Positions 31,274 through 40,523 of a stretch of 64,000 nt of DNA are shown here, in pieces (position 1 is the first letter of the stretch; the number at the start of each line of letters is the position of its first letter). A model generated the notes under the pieces. That model was not told where the DNA came from. It ran no database searches and was given only the letters and a program-made list of their open reading frames with translations. The stretch is from Nitrospirota bacterium. Lineage in GTDB: Bacteria; Nitrospirota; Nitrospiria; Nitrospirales; Nitrospiraceae. The DNA lies in contig CAVPGK010000012.1 in assembly GCA_963703955.1 (NCBI GenBank), positions 96,001 to 160,000 of the forward strand, read 5' to 3'. A program made the position numbers and the translations under genes.

Positions 31274-31783
31274 TCACAAAGTCTGCGTTTTCGAGTCAGC
31301 CGGCCGCTTGCCCGCCGACTCTAATAGGTCTCTCCCCACCAGAATCGGCGCCTTGAAGTGAACGGCCAGCGCAATCGAGTCGGAGGACCGGCTATCGAAG
31401 ACCTTGATCGTGTCTTTCATGGCAACCGTCAAGGCCCCGTAGAACACGCCGTCCTTTAACGAAATGACAGTCTGCGTGACCTTCCCACCGAACGAATCCA
31501 GAATCGTGCGCATGAGATCGTGCGACAGCGGTCGGCTCAGCTTCTGCCCGGTGAGTGCTGCCTGTATGGATCCGGCCACTGTCGCATCAACGAAAATTGG
31601 GATAATCCGATCCTCCGCTTTTAGGAGAACCACCGGGCCATGGTCCGAAAGACGGACCTCCACATCCCTAATCTGTACCTGGCCGTCTTGAGGATCACCC
31701 TCAGCGCCGGAAAACGACCCGGGCAACACGAGAAAGAGACAGACACCAAAGAGCGCCGGTATTGTGTGCAGGTACTTCATCAT
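31274..31783 (-). CDS. Bifunctional nuclease (DUF151) family protein with a signal peptide
   Basis: IIPIF, RPLSHDL and DSRSSDSIALA motifs. GGAGG RBS at ATG 31783; the ORF-track start is too far upstream. Confidence 0.8.
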   Translation of the reverse strand: MMKYLHTIPALFGVCLFLVLPGSFSGAEGDPQDGQVQIRDVEVRLSDHGPVVLLKAEDRIIPIFVDATVAGSIQAALTGQKLSRPLSHDLMRTILDSFGGKVTQTVISLKDGVFYGALTVAMKDTIKVFDSRSSDSIALAVHFKAPILVGRDLLESAGKRPADSKTQTL

Positions 31784-31826
31784 TTCCTCCTTCGGCGTCG
31801 AGATCCGGCAAAGTTTCGGTCTCATC

Positions 31827-32480
31827 TCACTCGCATCTGATGAAGGGATTATATTCCCTTTCGAACCCGATCTCCGTCTCCGGCCCGTGACCGGTAATGA
31901 CCTGGGTGTCCTCGGGCAAGGAATACAGCCGTTCGCGAATCGAGCGCTCGATCGAGTCAAAATTCCCGCCCCAGAGGTCCGTTCTGCCGATCCCGCTTCG
32001 AAACAGTGTATCCCCCGATAGCAGGAGCTTCTCCGCTTGAAATACAAAGCACATCGAGCCCGGGGAGTGCCCCGGCGTATGCAGAGCGGTCCCCGCCAAG
32101 CTGCCCAGCACGATCTTCTCCTCATCCTGCAACCAGTACTCCGGCGCCGGAACCGGCACGTAGGGCACGCCGAACGTGCGGCACTGGACCTCCAACAGGT
32201 CCCAGAGCGGTTGATCGGCCGGGTGCAAACAAAGCGTGGCACCGGTCGCCTTCTTGATCTCTCCGGAAGCAAGGAAATGATCAAAGTGCGCATGGGTGTG
32301 CAGGACGCTGACGATGGACAAGCCCAGGTCTCGAACCTGTTTCAAGATCTGCTCATGCGCGCCGCCCGGATCGACGACGATCGCCTGTCTGGTGATCGGA
32401 TCACCGAGGATCGAACAATTACATCCTAGGGGCGGCACCGAGAATGTCCTTCGAATCATCGTCGGCATGCGGCTCTCCAT
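31827..32480 (-). CDS. MBL-fold metallo-hydrolase (glyoxalase II/YcbL-like)
   Basis: THAHFDH, TPGHSPG, SGDTLF, GHG. Confidence 0.92.
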   Translation of the reverse strand: MESRMPTMIRRTFSVPPLGCNCSILGDPITRQAIVVDPGGAHEQILKQVRDLGLSIVSVLHTHAHFDHFLASGEIKKATGATLCLHPADQPLWDLLEVQCRTFGVPYVPVPAPEYWLQDEEKIVLGSLAGTALHTPGHSPGSMCFVFQAEKLLLSGDTLFRSGIGRTDLWGGNFDSIERSIRERLYSLPEDTQVITGHGPETEIGFEREYNPFIRCE

Positions 32481-32563
32481 GCGGCTATTGTCTCATGCTC
32501 CGCTCGATCTCGCCACCCCCTGCCCCGGAGGCGGCACGCAGGCGAACGACGCCATGTTCTTTT

Positions 32564-33221
32564 CTAGCGCCGTCGCTCCACGTGAGCCGTCCAGATCACT
32601 TCCGTATCCAGAATCTCCCAGGCTCGATCGCGTCGACTCAGAAGAACCAGAAATCCAGCTCCGCTGCCGTCTTGGCGATAGTTACCGACATAGACCAAGC
32701 CGAGATCTTCCCGTGGACTGAATGCGACGCGTGACAATTCCAGCTTGATGCTCGACGCATCGTAATCGGTCTGCCAGAATGTCACAGGAAGCGGAGCCAG
32801 CGAAACCTCGGATCCATCATCTTCTTGGCCCGGATACGAGCCGGTAGCGCACGCCGAAGCTAAACTTCGGCTCGAGCCGCGAAGGACGCCGTAGCTTCAT
32901 GAGGAAATCCGTCACGAGAGCCGGCTGGAGACTGCCGTCGAAGAATTCATTCTCCTTGAAGAACCGGCGAGGGTCCGGTTCCTCCTCCGGCCCCAACTGA
33001 GTGACCGTTAACCGGTTAATCATCACAAGCCTCGTGTCCGAGGTCAGGAACTTAGACTGGATCACGAGATCGTAGATAGGATATTCCTCCACCTGAACGA
33101 GATCCGGTTGATTCGACGGAACTTCTCCGAGCGTGATCGTTCCATCACAGATCACCACCAAAGCAAAGACAGCGGCCGACAGCCCGAACTGCAAAGAGCA
33201 GTGGTTAGAACACGGACGCAT
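32564..33221 (-). CDS. Exported hypothetical protein, frameshifted near 32825
   Basis: ORFs 32817..33248 and 32564..32785 read as one continuous protein. Confidence 0.55.
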
Positions 33222-33269
33222 AGCGCGAGAATAGCGTGCCCGCTCCATCCGGTCAATTGGAGGCTATCC

Positions 33270-33610
33270 ATTTCACCCGCCCACCCCAGGCGCGCCAAGA
33301 CGCGCCCTTTCCCGATTTCACCCGCCCACCCCAGGCGCGCCAAGACGCGCCCTTTCCCGAGTACACCCGCCCACCCCAGGCGTCATTTCACCCACCCACC
33401 CCCACGCTGGCCAAGACCAGCTCCTTCCCGAAGGACGCGCTCCTCCCCGTTGCTCACCCCACTCCCCTGGCACCCTTTCACCCGCCCGCCCCGAGCTGGC
33501 CAAAGACCAACTCCTTGCCGTTTGCACCCGCCCTCCCCAGGCGTCATTTCACCCCCCCACCCCCACGCCTGCCAAGACAGGCTCTTTGCCCGAAGGACGC
33601 GCCCCCGCCC
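33270..33610 (+). repeat. Mosaic tandem array of CCAAGA-hairpin repeats (array 1)
   Basis: Two identical 45-nt units (33270-33314, 33315-33359), then variant or partial units with GCTGG/CCAGC and GCCTG/CAGGC stems. Confidence 0.9.
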
Positions 33611-33664
33611 GAGGAATATTTGCATAAAATTCCAAACCATCCTAAAATCCCCGCCCAATAGACG

Positions 33665-34408
33665 ATGACCAATCTGTGGTTGAGACATCGCCCCGGGGGT
33701 GGAAGCGCAATAGTTCTGATCCTGTCTTTATTCGTTCCGATCAGCTGCCAGCAGGACGAATCGCCACTGAAGAATGAAAACGAAACCCTGCGTAAGCAGC
33801 TTGCCACGCAGGAGTCCGTGGTGGTTTCCCTGCAGGAAGGCAACAAGGTCATGCAGCAGCAGATCGACCTCCTGAATCGGGAGCTGCGGGAAGCTAAGGA
33901 ACAGGTCGAGCGCGTGCTTACCGAGCGAACAGCCCTTACCAACCAACTTGACGCCCAGGAAGGCAAAAATCGGAAATTAGCCGCTGATGCGCAGCGCGTG
34001 GCCGAGAAGGTCACACAGTTGGGTCAGGCGTTGCACGTAAATGATAAGGACGGCGCCGCCGATCAGCTTCCGCATCCACTGCCGGCAGTCATGAAAGCCG
34101 CCGAGGATGCGTTGGCCCGAAACGGCTATGCGATCCGCCTAAGCGTGAAGACCGATCAGAAAGTGGTGTATATAACCGATCGCAAGGTGTCGGCGCCCGC
34201 CTCGATCGAAGCGGCGGGGTTTCGTAATCAATACCTGGTTTCACTCCAGCCTCTCTCTACCACCAGCACCCGTCTGGTCGTGAAAGCTGAATTTGAGCGC
34301 ATGACGCACGGAAACCGCGTGCTTCCCTCCGGACCGGACGAGACTGCTGAAATCGAAATGCGATTCATTGCCGACATCCGTAAGTCCCTCACGTCGGGAA
34401 AAACGTAA
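33665..34408 (+). CDS. Coiled-coil lipoprotein
   Basis: Lipobox-like VPISC, a long heptad region and a C-terminal alpha/beta domain. Confidence 0.7.
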   Translation: MTNLWLRHRPGGGSAIVLILSLFVPISCQQDESPLKNENETLRKQLATQESVVVSLQEGNKVMQQQIDLLNRELREAKEQVERVLTERTALTNQLDAQEGKNRKLAADAQRVAEKVTQLGQALHVNDKDGAADQLPHPLPAVMKAAEDALARNGYAIRLSVKTDQKVVYITDRKVSAPASIEAAGFRNQYLVSLQPLSTTSTRLVVKAEFERMTHGNRVLPSGPDETAEIEMRFIADIRKSLTSGKT

Positions 34409-34585
34409 TCGACCTGCCCCTCAGCGTTTTCTCTCAGTCTGCAGATGTATCGGACCACGTTTGCTTGCATAACCCCACGCAAATCCATTGCTTTGTCCTA
34501 CTTCACCCCATGCTTGGTCGCAACGCGCCGCTTCAGCTATACTTATCAGAAGAAAGCCTTTGACTTTGCCTGCTTAGGAGATCTC

Positions 34586-36016
34586 ATGGCGAAAACAAAG
34601 TCGTCCGATTCTGCCCACACCCGGGTGAAAGTCTTCGACTCGACGAATGAAATCAGTCAAGCTATTGAGAAGTTACGCAGCAAGATCGTGCAGGTTGAAG
34701 AACTCAAGAAAGATGGTCTTCCCTATCGCGATGCGTTGAAGGTGACCACGGAGTACCAAATCCGGGATACGATCCGAGAGGTCTTCGGAGCTCACTCGCC
34801 TGAATTTCACGAACATCAACACCATCGGATCAGAGTGAACAGCAAGGCTGGTGTCGATGACACCATTACGCTCCTACAAAATCTCGTTTTGGCCCTCGAA
34901 GAAAAAAGACTTCATTTGCTGGGGTTCCGGCCTCGCCCCGCTGCAGTAGTAACCCCTGAAGACAATGGGCATGATACCCCCGCCCCGGACGCGCCACCCC
35001 AACCCCAACCGCCACAACAGACGGCTCAAACCATACCAGCTCCAGCGGCCCCCGTGCAGACGGCTGAGGTTGAGGCTCCAGCCCCCGCCCCCCCTTCACC
35101 CGCGCCTCTCGTAGCTCAACACAATCCGTCCCCTCCCGCACCACGCGAAGCAGAGCGAGCAGCGATTCCCCATCCATCGCATTCGCACCATACGCGCAAG
35201 GGAAGATCGTCGGGGGAATCTCGTATGAAAGAGGCTGCACCACCTCCCCCTGTAGTCTCACAGCCAGTGGTTGCCGTTGCTCCTCCGATCGCTACGGTTT
35301 CCGCGGGGATTGCTCCCCAGCCCGTCCTTGCTACACCTCCGCCCCAACCTCAGGTAGTCCCCCCCATTCCAGTGAGTGCTCCTCCACCCGTGGTCGCCCC
35401 GCCTCCGTCCCCAGAGCCCGTCGCTCAGCAAGCTACGACCGATGCGATCGACGTGAGTGACCAGACGCCTGTTCAGCAACACACAGAGATGAACGTTGAG
35501 GTGACAATGCCCCCGACTACAGCGCCGCCGTCTGAGCACCCCAGTCCCAGACCTGACATGGACACCGTGACCCTCATTCAAAGAATTTGCACGCGTTTTC
35601 ATAGTGTGGCGCGGCAACTTCGACAACGAAGTGATGATCGGTCAACACTCGAAGTCGAGGACGAGGTTGACGTGCAGGACGTGTTGCGCGCCGTCCTGTG
35701 CGCTCAGTTTGATGATATCCACACAGAGACTTGGAATCCCGCCTATGCCAACGGGATGCCCCGGGCCGACCTCGTTTTGAGGCAGGATGGGATTGTCATC
35801 GTGGCGAAGAAGACCAAGCAGGGAGTAGGAGCCAAGACCCTGACCGAGCAGCTTGGCGTGGACATCCAGCGCTACATGAACCACTCCCTCTGTAAGACCC
35901 TTGTGTGTTTCATCTACGACCCGGAGGGACGCATCGGCAATCCGGACGCTCTCGAAGCCAGTCTCGTTCGTCAACGGAGCGCACGCCGGATTGAAGTCAT
36001 CATTTCACCCAGGTAG
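34586..36016 (+). CDS. Protein with a Pro-rich linker and a C-terminal PD-(D/E)XK REase-like (DpnII-MboI-like) domain
   Basis: AGGAG RBS; EVDVQDVL...FDDI...RADLVL...IVIVAKK...EQL..DIQRY...CKTLVCFIYDPEGRIGNP. Confidence 0.75.
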   Translation: MAKTKSSDSAHTRVKVFDSTNEISQAIEKLRSKIVQVEELKKDGLPYRDALKVTTEYQIRDTIREVFGAHSPEFHEHQHHRIRVNSKAGVDDTITLLQNLVLALEEKRLHLLGFRPRPAAVVTPEDNGHDTPAPDAPPQPQPPQQTAQTIPAPAAPVQTAEVEAPAPAPPSPAPLVAQHNPSPPAPREAERAAIPHPSHSHHTRKGRSSGESRMKEAAPPPPVVSQPVVAVAPPIATVSAGIAPQPVLATPPPQPQVVPPIPVSAPPPVVAPPPSPEPVAQQATTDAIDVSDQTPVQQHTEMNVEVTMPPTTAPPSEHPSPRPDMDTVTLIQRICTRFHSVARQLRQRSDDRSTLEVEDEVDVQDVLRAVLCAQFDDIHTETWNPAYANGMPRADLVLRQDGIVIVAKKTKQGVGAKTLTEQLGVDIQRYMNHSLCKTLVCFIYDPEGRIGNPDALEASLVRQRSARRIEVIISPR

Positions 36017-36131
36017 TTCCGTCTTCATCCGTTTCAAAGCTTCCGTCTGGGCCTACATCACTTTTCCCTCACCTCTCTATCTTTCCCCGCCGCCAAAGTA
36101 CTAAGCTCGTAACGTCCGAGTAAGAACGCCA

Positions 36132-36455
36132 ATGATCAGCTTGCTCCATGCAGCAGTGTTGTGTCTTCTGTTGGGGATGCCTTCGGCTTGGGGGCAAAGC
36201 CCTTTATCCGTTCAGTCTTCAACAGAAATGTTTACCGGAACCATTGAAGCGATTGATCACGACCTCCTTAAAATCATCGTCAAGACCGACGTCGGAAGGG
36301 AGGTCGCTGTACCACTTAAAGGTCCGGAACTCTTGACGGGTTTGACGAAGGGCGACCGGGTCACCGTTCAACTCGATGACCGGCACACAGCCACCAAGAT
36401 CATGAAGGCCGCCATTCCGGAACTCACACCCCCTCCCGCGGATACGGGTTACTGA
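36132..36455 (+). CDS. Small exported OB-fold-like protein
   Basis: Signal peptide; GTIEAID...LTKGDRVTV. Confidence 0.6.
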   Translation: MISLLHAAVLCLLLGMPSAWGQSPLSVQSSTEMFTGTIEAIDHDLLKIIVKTDVGREVAVPLKGPELLTGLTKGDRVTVQLDDRHTATKIMKAAIPELTPPPADTGY

Positions 36456-36514
36456 CAATCAATCTCCAGCTGAATGCTCTTACACCGGTCGGAAGATGGT
36501 GATGTCCCGTCGGC

Positions 36515-37589
36515 TCATGAAGGTCTTCTGAAAAACAGCTCGGCAATTACTGTGCATTCCACGCCAAACGGGAGATAACCGGCATATCCAAGGAGAGGCA
36601 TTTCGAAAATTTGAGCACGATGGACGTACGGCACGACATATTCCCAGTGGGCCAGGCTGTTTACATTCCACATCTCCCAAAAGAAGCCGCAGACCAATCC
36701 CGCGAGCGCCGGTAGCCAGATCGGCCTCCAGTCCCCCTTGCTCACGCGTGAGAAGACAGTGGACTCCCCGAGCATAGCTTGAAGTGACGTGATGATGATC
36801 AGGGGGGCAAGCCAGAGAAGCGGAAAGAGATAATCCGGCCAGATTCCGATTCCTATCAGACCGACACTCGCTAGAAGGAATCCGAGCCAGCCCACCACTT
36901 TGGCATGTCGGATCCTTATCGGCCACAGGTTGCGCCAAGCTTCGTTCAGTCGAGGGAAGGATGCCAGCCACTCCGTCGTACTGATCACCGCCGGCAGCAC
37001 CGTCGAAAAAGGCAGGGTGGCATGGAGGAAATACTCCCATGCCGAGAACTCGCTGATACCGGCGTAATACCAATTCTGCACGAATCGGTTAAGGTACTCA
37101 AAGAACCACCAGAACGCCGCGCTGAGCGGAAACAACCCCAAGAAATACCGGGGCCGATCCCGCATCAGGCAAGAGCCGGTCCGGCCGACCGTCAGCGCAT
37201 TGACGATGAGAATGTACCCTATCCACAGCGGAGTGAACGTAAACGGCTGCAGGTCGGCAAACCAAGGGAAACGAGTCCATGCCAGCATCCACGCGACAGC
37301 GACAACACCGACTCCGGCCCATCCCCACCATGGAAAGGGTTCGGTGCGATCGATCGTCACACCATTCGGGTTTCACCTGAGAGACACGGATAAGAAACGG
37401 GGTGGTGATGGTCCCGACGAGGACAGCGAGACCGATGAAGGCAGCCCATGAAAATGGCGCATGGTCAACATATCTCGTGAGAGGAGGAAACTCGAGGTAT
37501 CGTTCCAATGGATGCCCGGCCATGGCCACACCAAGCAACGGCAGGCCGACCAACAATGCGAGGACACAGATGATCATGGGTGAGTTCAC
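36515..37589 (-). CDS. Trp-rich polytopic membrane protein, frameshifted near 37365
   Basis: FWWFFEYLN..VQNW and GFFWEMWN...IFEMPLLGY repeats; the N-terminal part lies in ORF 37098..37589. Confidence 0.7.
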
Positions 37590-37692
37590 TGCTCAACCCT
37601 TCCTGTAGTGAAACGGGGTCAGCTTGACCGCGAACCTGGAAGAAGGGGTCCCGCGTGGAAGCCCTCATTTGAGTGTCACAATGACGGATCGG

Positions 37693-38690
37693 CTAACTGA
37701 GTGGGCGAACGCGAAATGGTTCGAAAAACGGCTGGCCCTTCATTCCGGGTCGATACGCCCGTTTTGCCGCCGCTTGGGCCTGCTCACAACTCGCGCGCAC
37801 TTGAGCGTCCGTCTTCCTGTTCGCCGACACGGCATTTTGGTAGAGTTTGGCAACCATGCACTGTACGCCCAAGAATGTCGTCTGGCGGGTGCTTGAGGGA
37901 TCAAGACTGAACACTTCCTGAACCGGGTCGGCAGGTTTGGCACCTTCGCACTTGCAGTAGCGACAGGACATCAGCTGAGGGATGACCTGGGCGCTGAAAA
38001 TGACATGTTGGACTTGCCACGGATCTCCGCTTTCCGCATAGGCCGACGGATCAGCGGCAATGGGAATTGCTCGAAGGAGAAGCCGCGCCACGGCGATATG
38101 CTCATCGTGCCCGCTCACACCGCAATGGTCGTCCATCGCTACCACCACATCGGGCTTTCGTTGGCGCAGGAGGGTAACAATATATCCGACCGGATCTCCT
38201 TCTGTGCTCCATTTGGCAATCACGTCGTCGGACGTCGCCTTAGCCGTCCAGTCGCGGGAGGAGCAGTGGCCGGCATAGAGTCAAGAGCGGTCAGAGAATG
38301 AGGCCCGTTGATGAAAGGGCCGATGTCGTGACCGTCTGCTTGAAGCAGAGACGCAGACTTCTCAAACAACTCAGCACGGGCGGCTCCAATTTCGGATCCC
38401 CGACGCAATCCGCCCCATAGCTTGTCGCTGTTCTCCCCTTTGGTGAGGGTGGCCATGAAGAGCGATCCCGACACTTCTTTACTACGGGCGAGCAAACCGC
38501 TTGCAGACGTTTCATCATCAGGATGAGCGGCCAGCCAAAGCACCCGTTGTGAACTGGCTAATATCTCCAAAACAGTTGTAGGGGTAGAGGGCTGTGTTTC
38601 CCCCTCCCCCGCATAGACGGTCGCCGTCACGATCAACAGGGTAGTGAAGAGTCCGGTCGTTTTCTTGAGGCGATCACTGCATATCAACAT
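37693..38690 (-). CDS. PIG-L/LmbE-family deacetylase, exported, frameshifted near 38250
   Basis: AHPDDE, TKGE and GHDEH motifs split across two ORFs. Confidence 0.8.
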
Positions 38691-39083
38691 GAGTGTTCCC
38701 CTTCCTCCTCATTGAGGCGTTCTTGATCCCTCACGCTACTACTGTACGATCCAGGTCTTCAATGGGCCGTCGTCAAGCATGGGTCGCCATCTACATGGCC
38801 GGCTACCGGGCAGACTTGCCGCCACTCCGCCCATAACCATTCTTTTGGTGTTCGAGAATTTGAAGAAGACTGCTCACCGCGCGGAGAGTGGGCAGGAGAG
38901 AAACGAGATGGTCAGCCTTTATGCGCGATGTGTTTGAGGCAGCGCCACCGAGATCTGACCTGTTTTCCGCCTTGACGGCGCTCGGTGGCCCGCCTGCGTC
39001 CCAAACCCGGCCGGACCGCCATGTGATCGCTCGCATCCATCTGAGCTTTTTTCGATCGGCGTCTCGCGCTTCGCTCTTCGTCG

Positions 39084-40523
39084 TTATGCAGACCCCTTTA
39101 CCGACTTGCCCGCGCTAAGATACCGGTCAATGCCTGCAGCCGCTTTTCGGCCTTCGGATATCGCCCACACGATCAGGGAGGCCCCTCGCTTCGTATCACC
39201 CGCGGCAAAGACGCCGTCGACGTTTGTCATGAAGTTGATGTCCACGGCTACGCTCCCGCGGGCATCGTACTTCACTCCTAATCCGTCCAACAGCCCGTTC
39301 TTCACCGGACCGGTGAAGCCCATGGCGAGCAGGACCAGGTCCACCTCCATGTCGAAATCGCGTGTTCGGGATCGGCGTGAACTGCGCCGTTCTCGAACGC
39401 GACCCGGTGCGCGTGCAGTTTGGTGACGTGACCGTTGCGGCCGGTAAACTTGGTCGTCGAGACGCTCCACTGGCGATCGCACCCTTCTTCGTGCGCGTGA
39501 GACGTGCGAAGCTGCATCGGCCAGAGAGGCCATGGCGTGGAAGAGGCTCGCTCGGGTGGAGGTTCCGGGAGGAGTTCAAATTGGTGGACTTCGCTGCAGC
39601 CTTGCCGATGCGTCGTTCCCAGACAGTCCGAGCCGGTGTCGCCGCCGCCGATGATCACGACCCGCTTGCCCTTGGCCGTGATCGGTTCGTCGGTCAAGGA
39701 GTCGCCCGGCATTGCGCTTGTTCTGCTGCGTGAGATACTCCATCGCCGGATGAATGCCCTTGAGTTCCCGTCCGGGGACCGGCAGTTCGCGCGCCTGCTC
39801 GGCGCCCATGGCCAGGCAGACGGCGTCGTATTGGCGCCGCAGGGTCTTCGCCGTCGACGTCCACGCCGACATGAACATTCGTTTTGAACTCGACCCCCTC
39901 GGCCCTCATCTGCTCCAAGCCGCCGGTCGACGACCCATTTCTCCATCTTGAAATCCGGGATCCCATAACGCAACAAGGCCACCGATCCGATCGGCTTTTT
40001 CAAAGCACCGTCACGCGGTGTCCGGCGCGGATAGCTGCTGGGCCGCGGCCAGACCGGCCGGGCCTGACCCGACGACGGCCACGGACTTCCCGGATTGCGA
40101 GACCGGTAGGATCGGCTCCACCCATCCCTCGTCGAACCCCTTGTCGATGATGTTCCACTCGATGACCCGAATGGAGACCGGCGCCTCATTGATCCCGAGC
40201 ACGCAGGCCGATTCGCACGGCGCCGGACACAGACGGCCGGTGAACTCCGGAAAGTTGTTAGTCGTGTGCAAGGCTTTCAACGCATCTTTCCAGCGACCGC
40301 GGTGCACGAGGTCGTTCCACTCCGGAATCAGATTGACCACCGGACAGCCGTTGTGGCTCTGGCAAAACGGAACCCCGCAATCCATACAGCGCGCGCCCTG
40401 CGCCTTGAGCGCCTCTTCCGGCATCGGCTCGTAGAATTCCTTCCAGTCCTGGATCCGAAGCTCAACCGGCCGGCGCTTGGGGCCCTCACGGGGATATTTC
40501 ATGAAGCCCTTCGGATCAGCCAT
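39084..40523 (-). CDS. gltD: Glutamate synthase small subunit, multiple frameshifts
   Basis: [55 protein letters not shown]. Confidence 0.93.

Noticed and set aside
33270..33610. CRISPR array
   Set aside because: Units abut without unique spacers, vary in stem sequence and occur singly elsewhere. No cas genes are in the window.
33108..33688. Pro-rich ORFs across array 1 (and similar ORFs at 45236-45639)
   Set aside because: Open frames on both strands simply reflect stop-free GC-rich repeats; there is no RBS or domain signal.
38803..39118. Small ORFs between the PIG-L gene and gltD
   Set aside because: No RBS, motif or compositional support.
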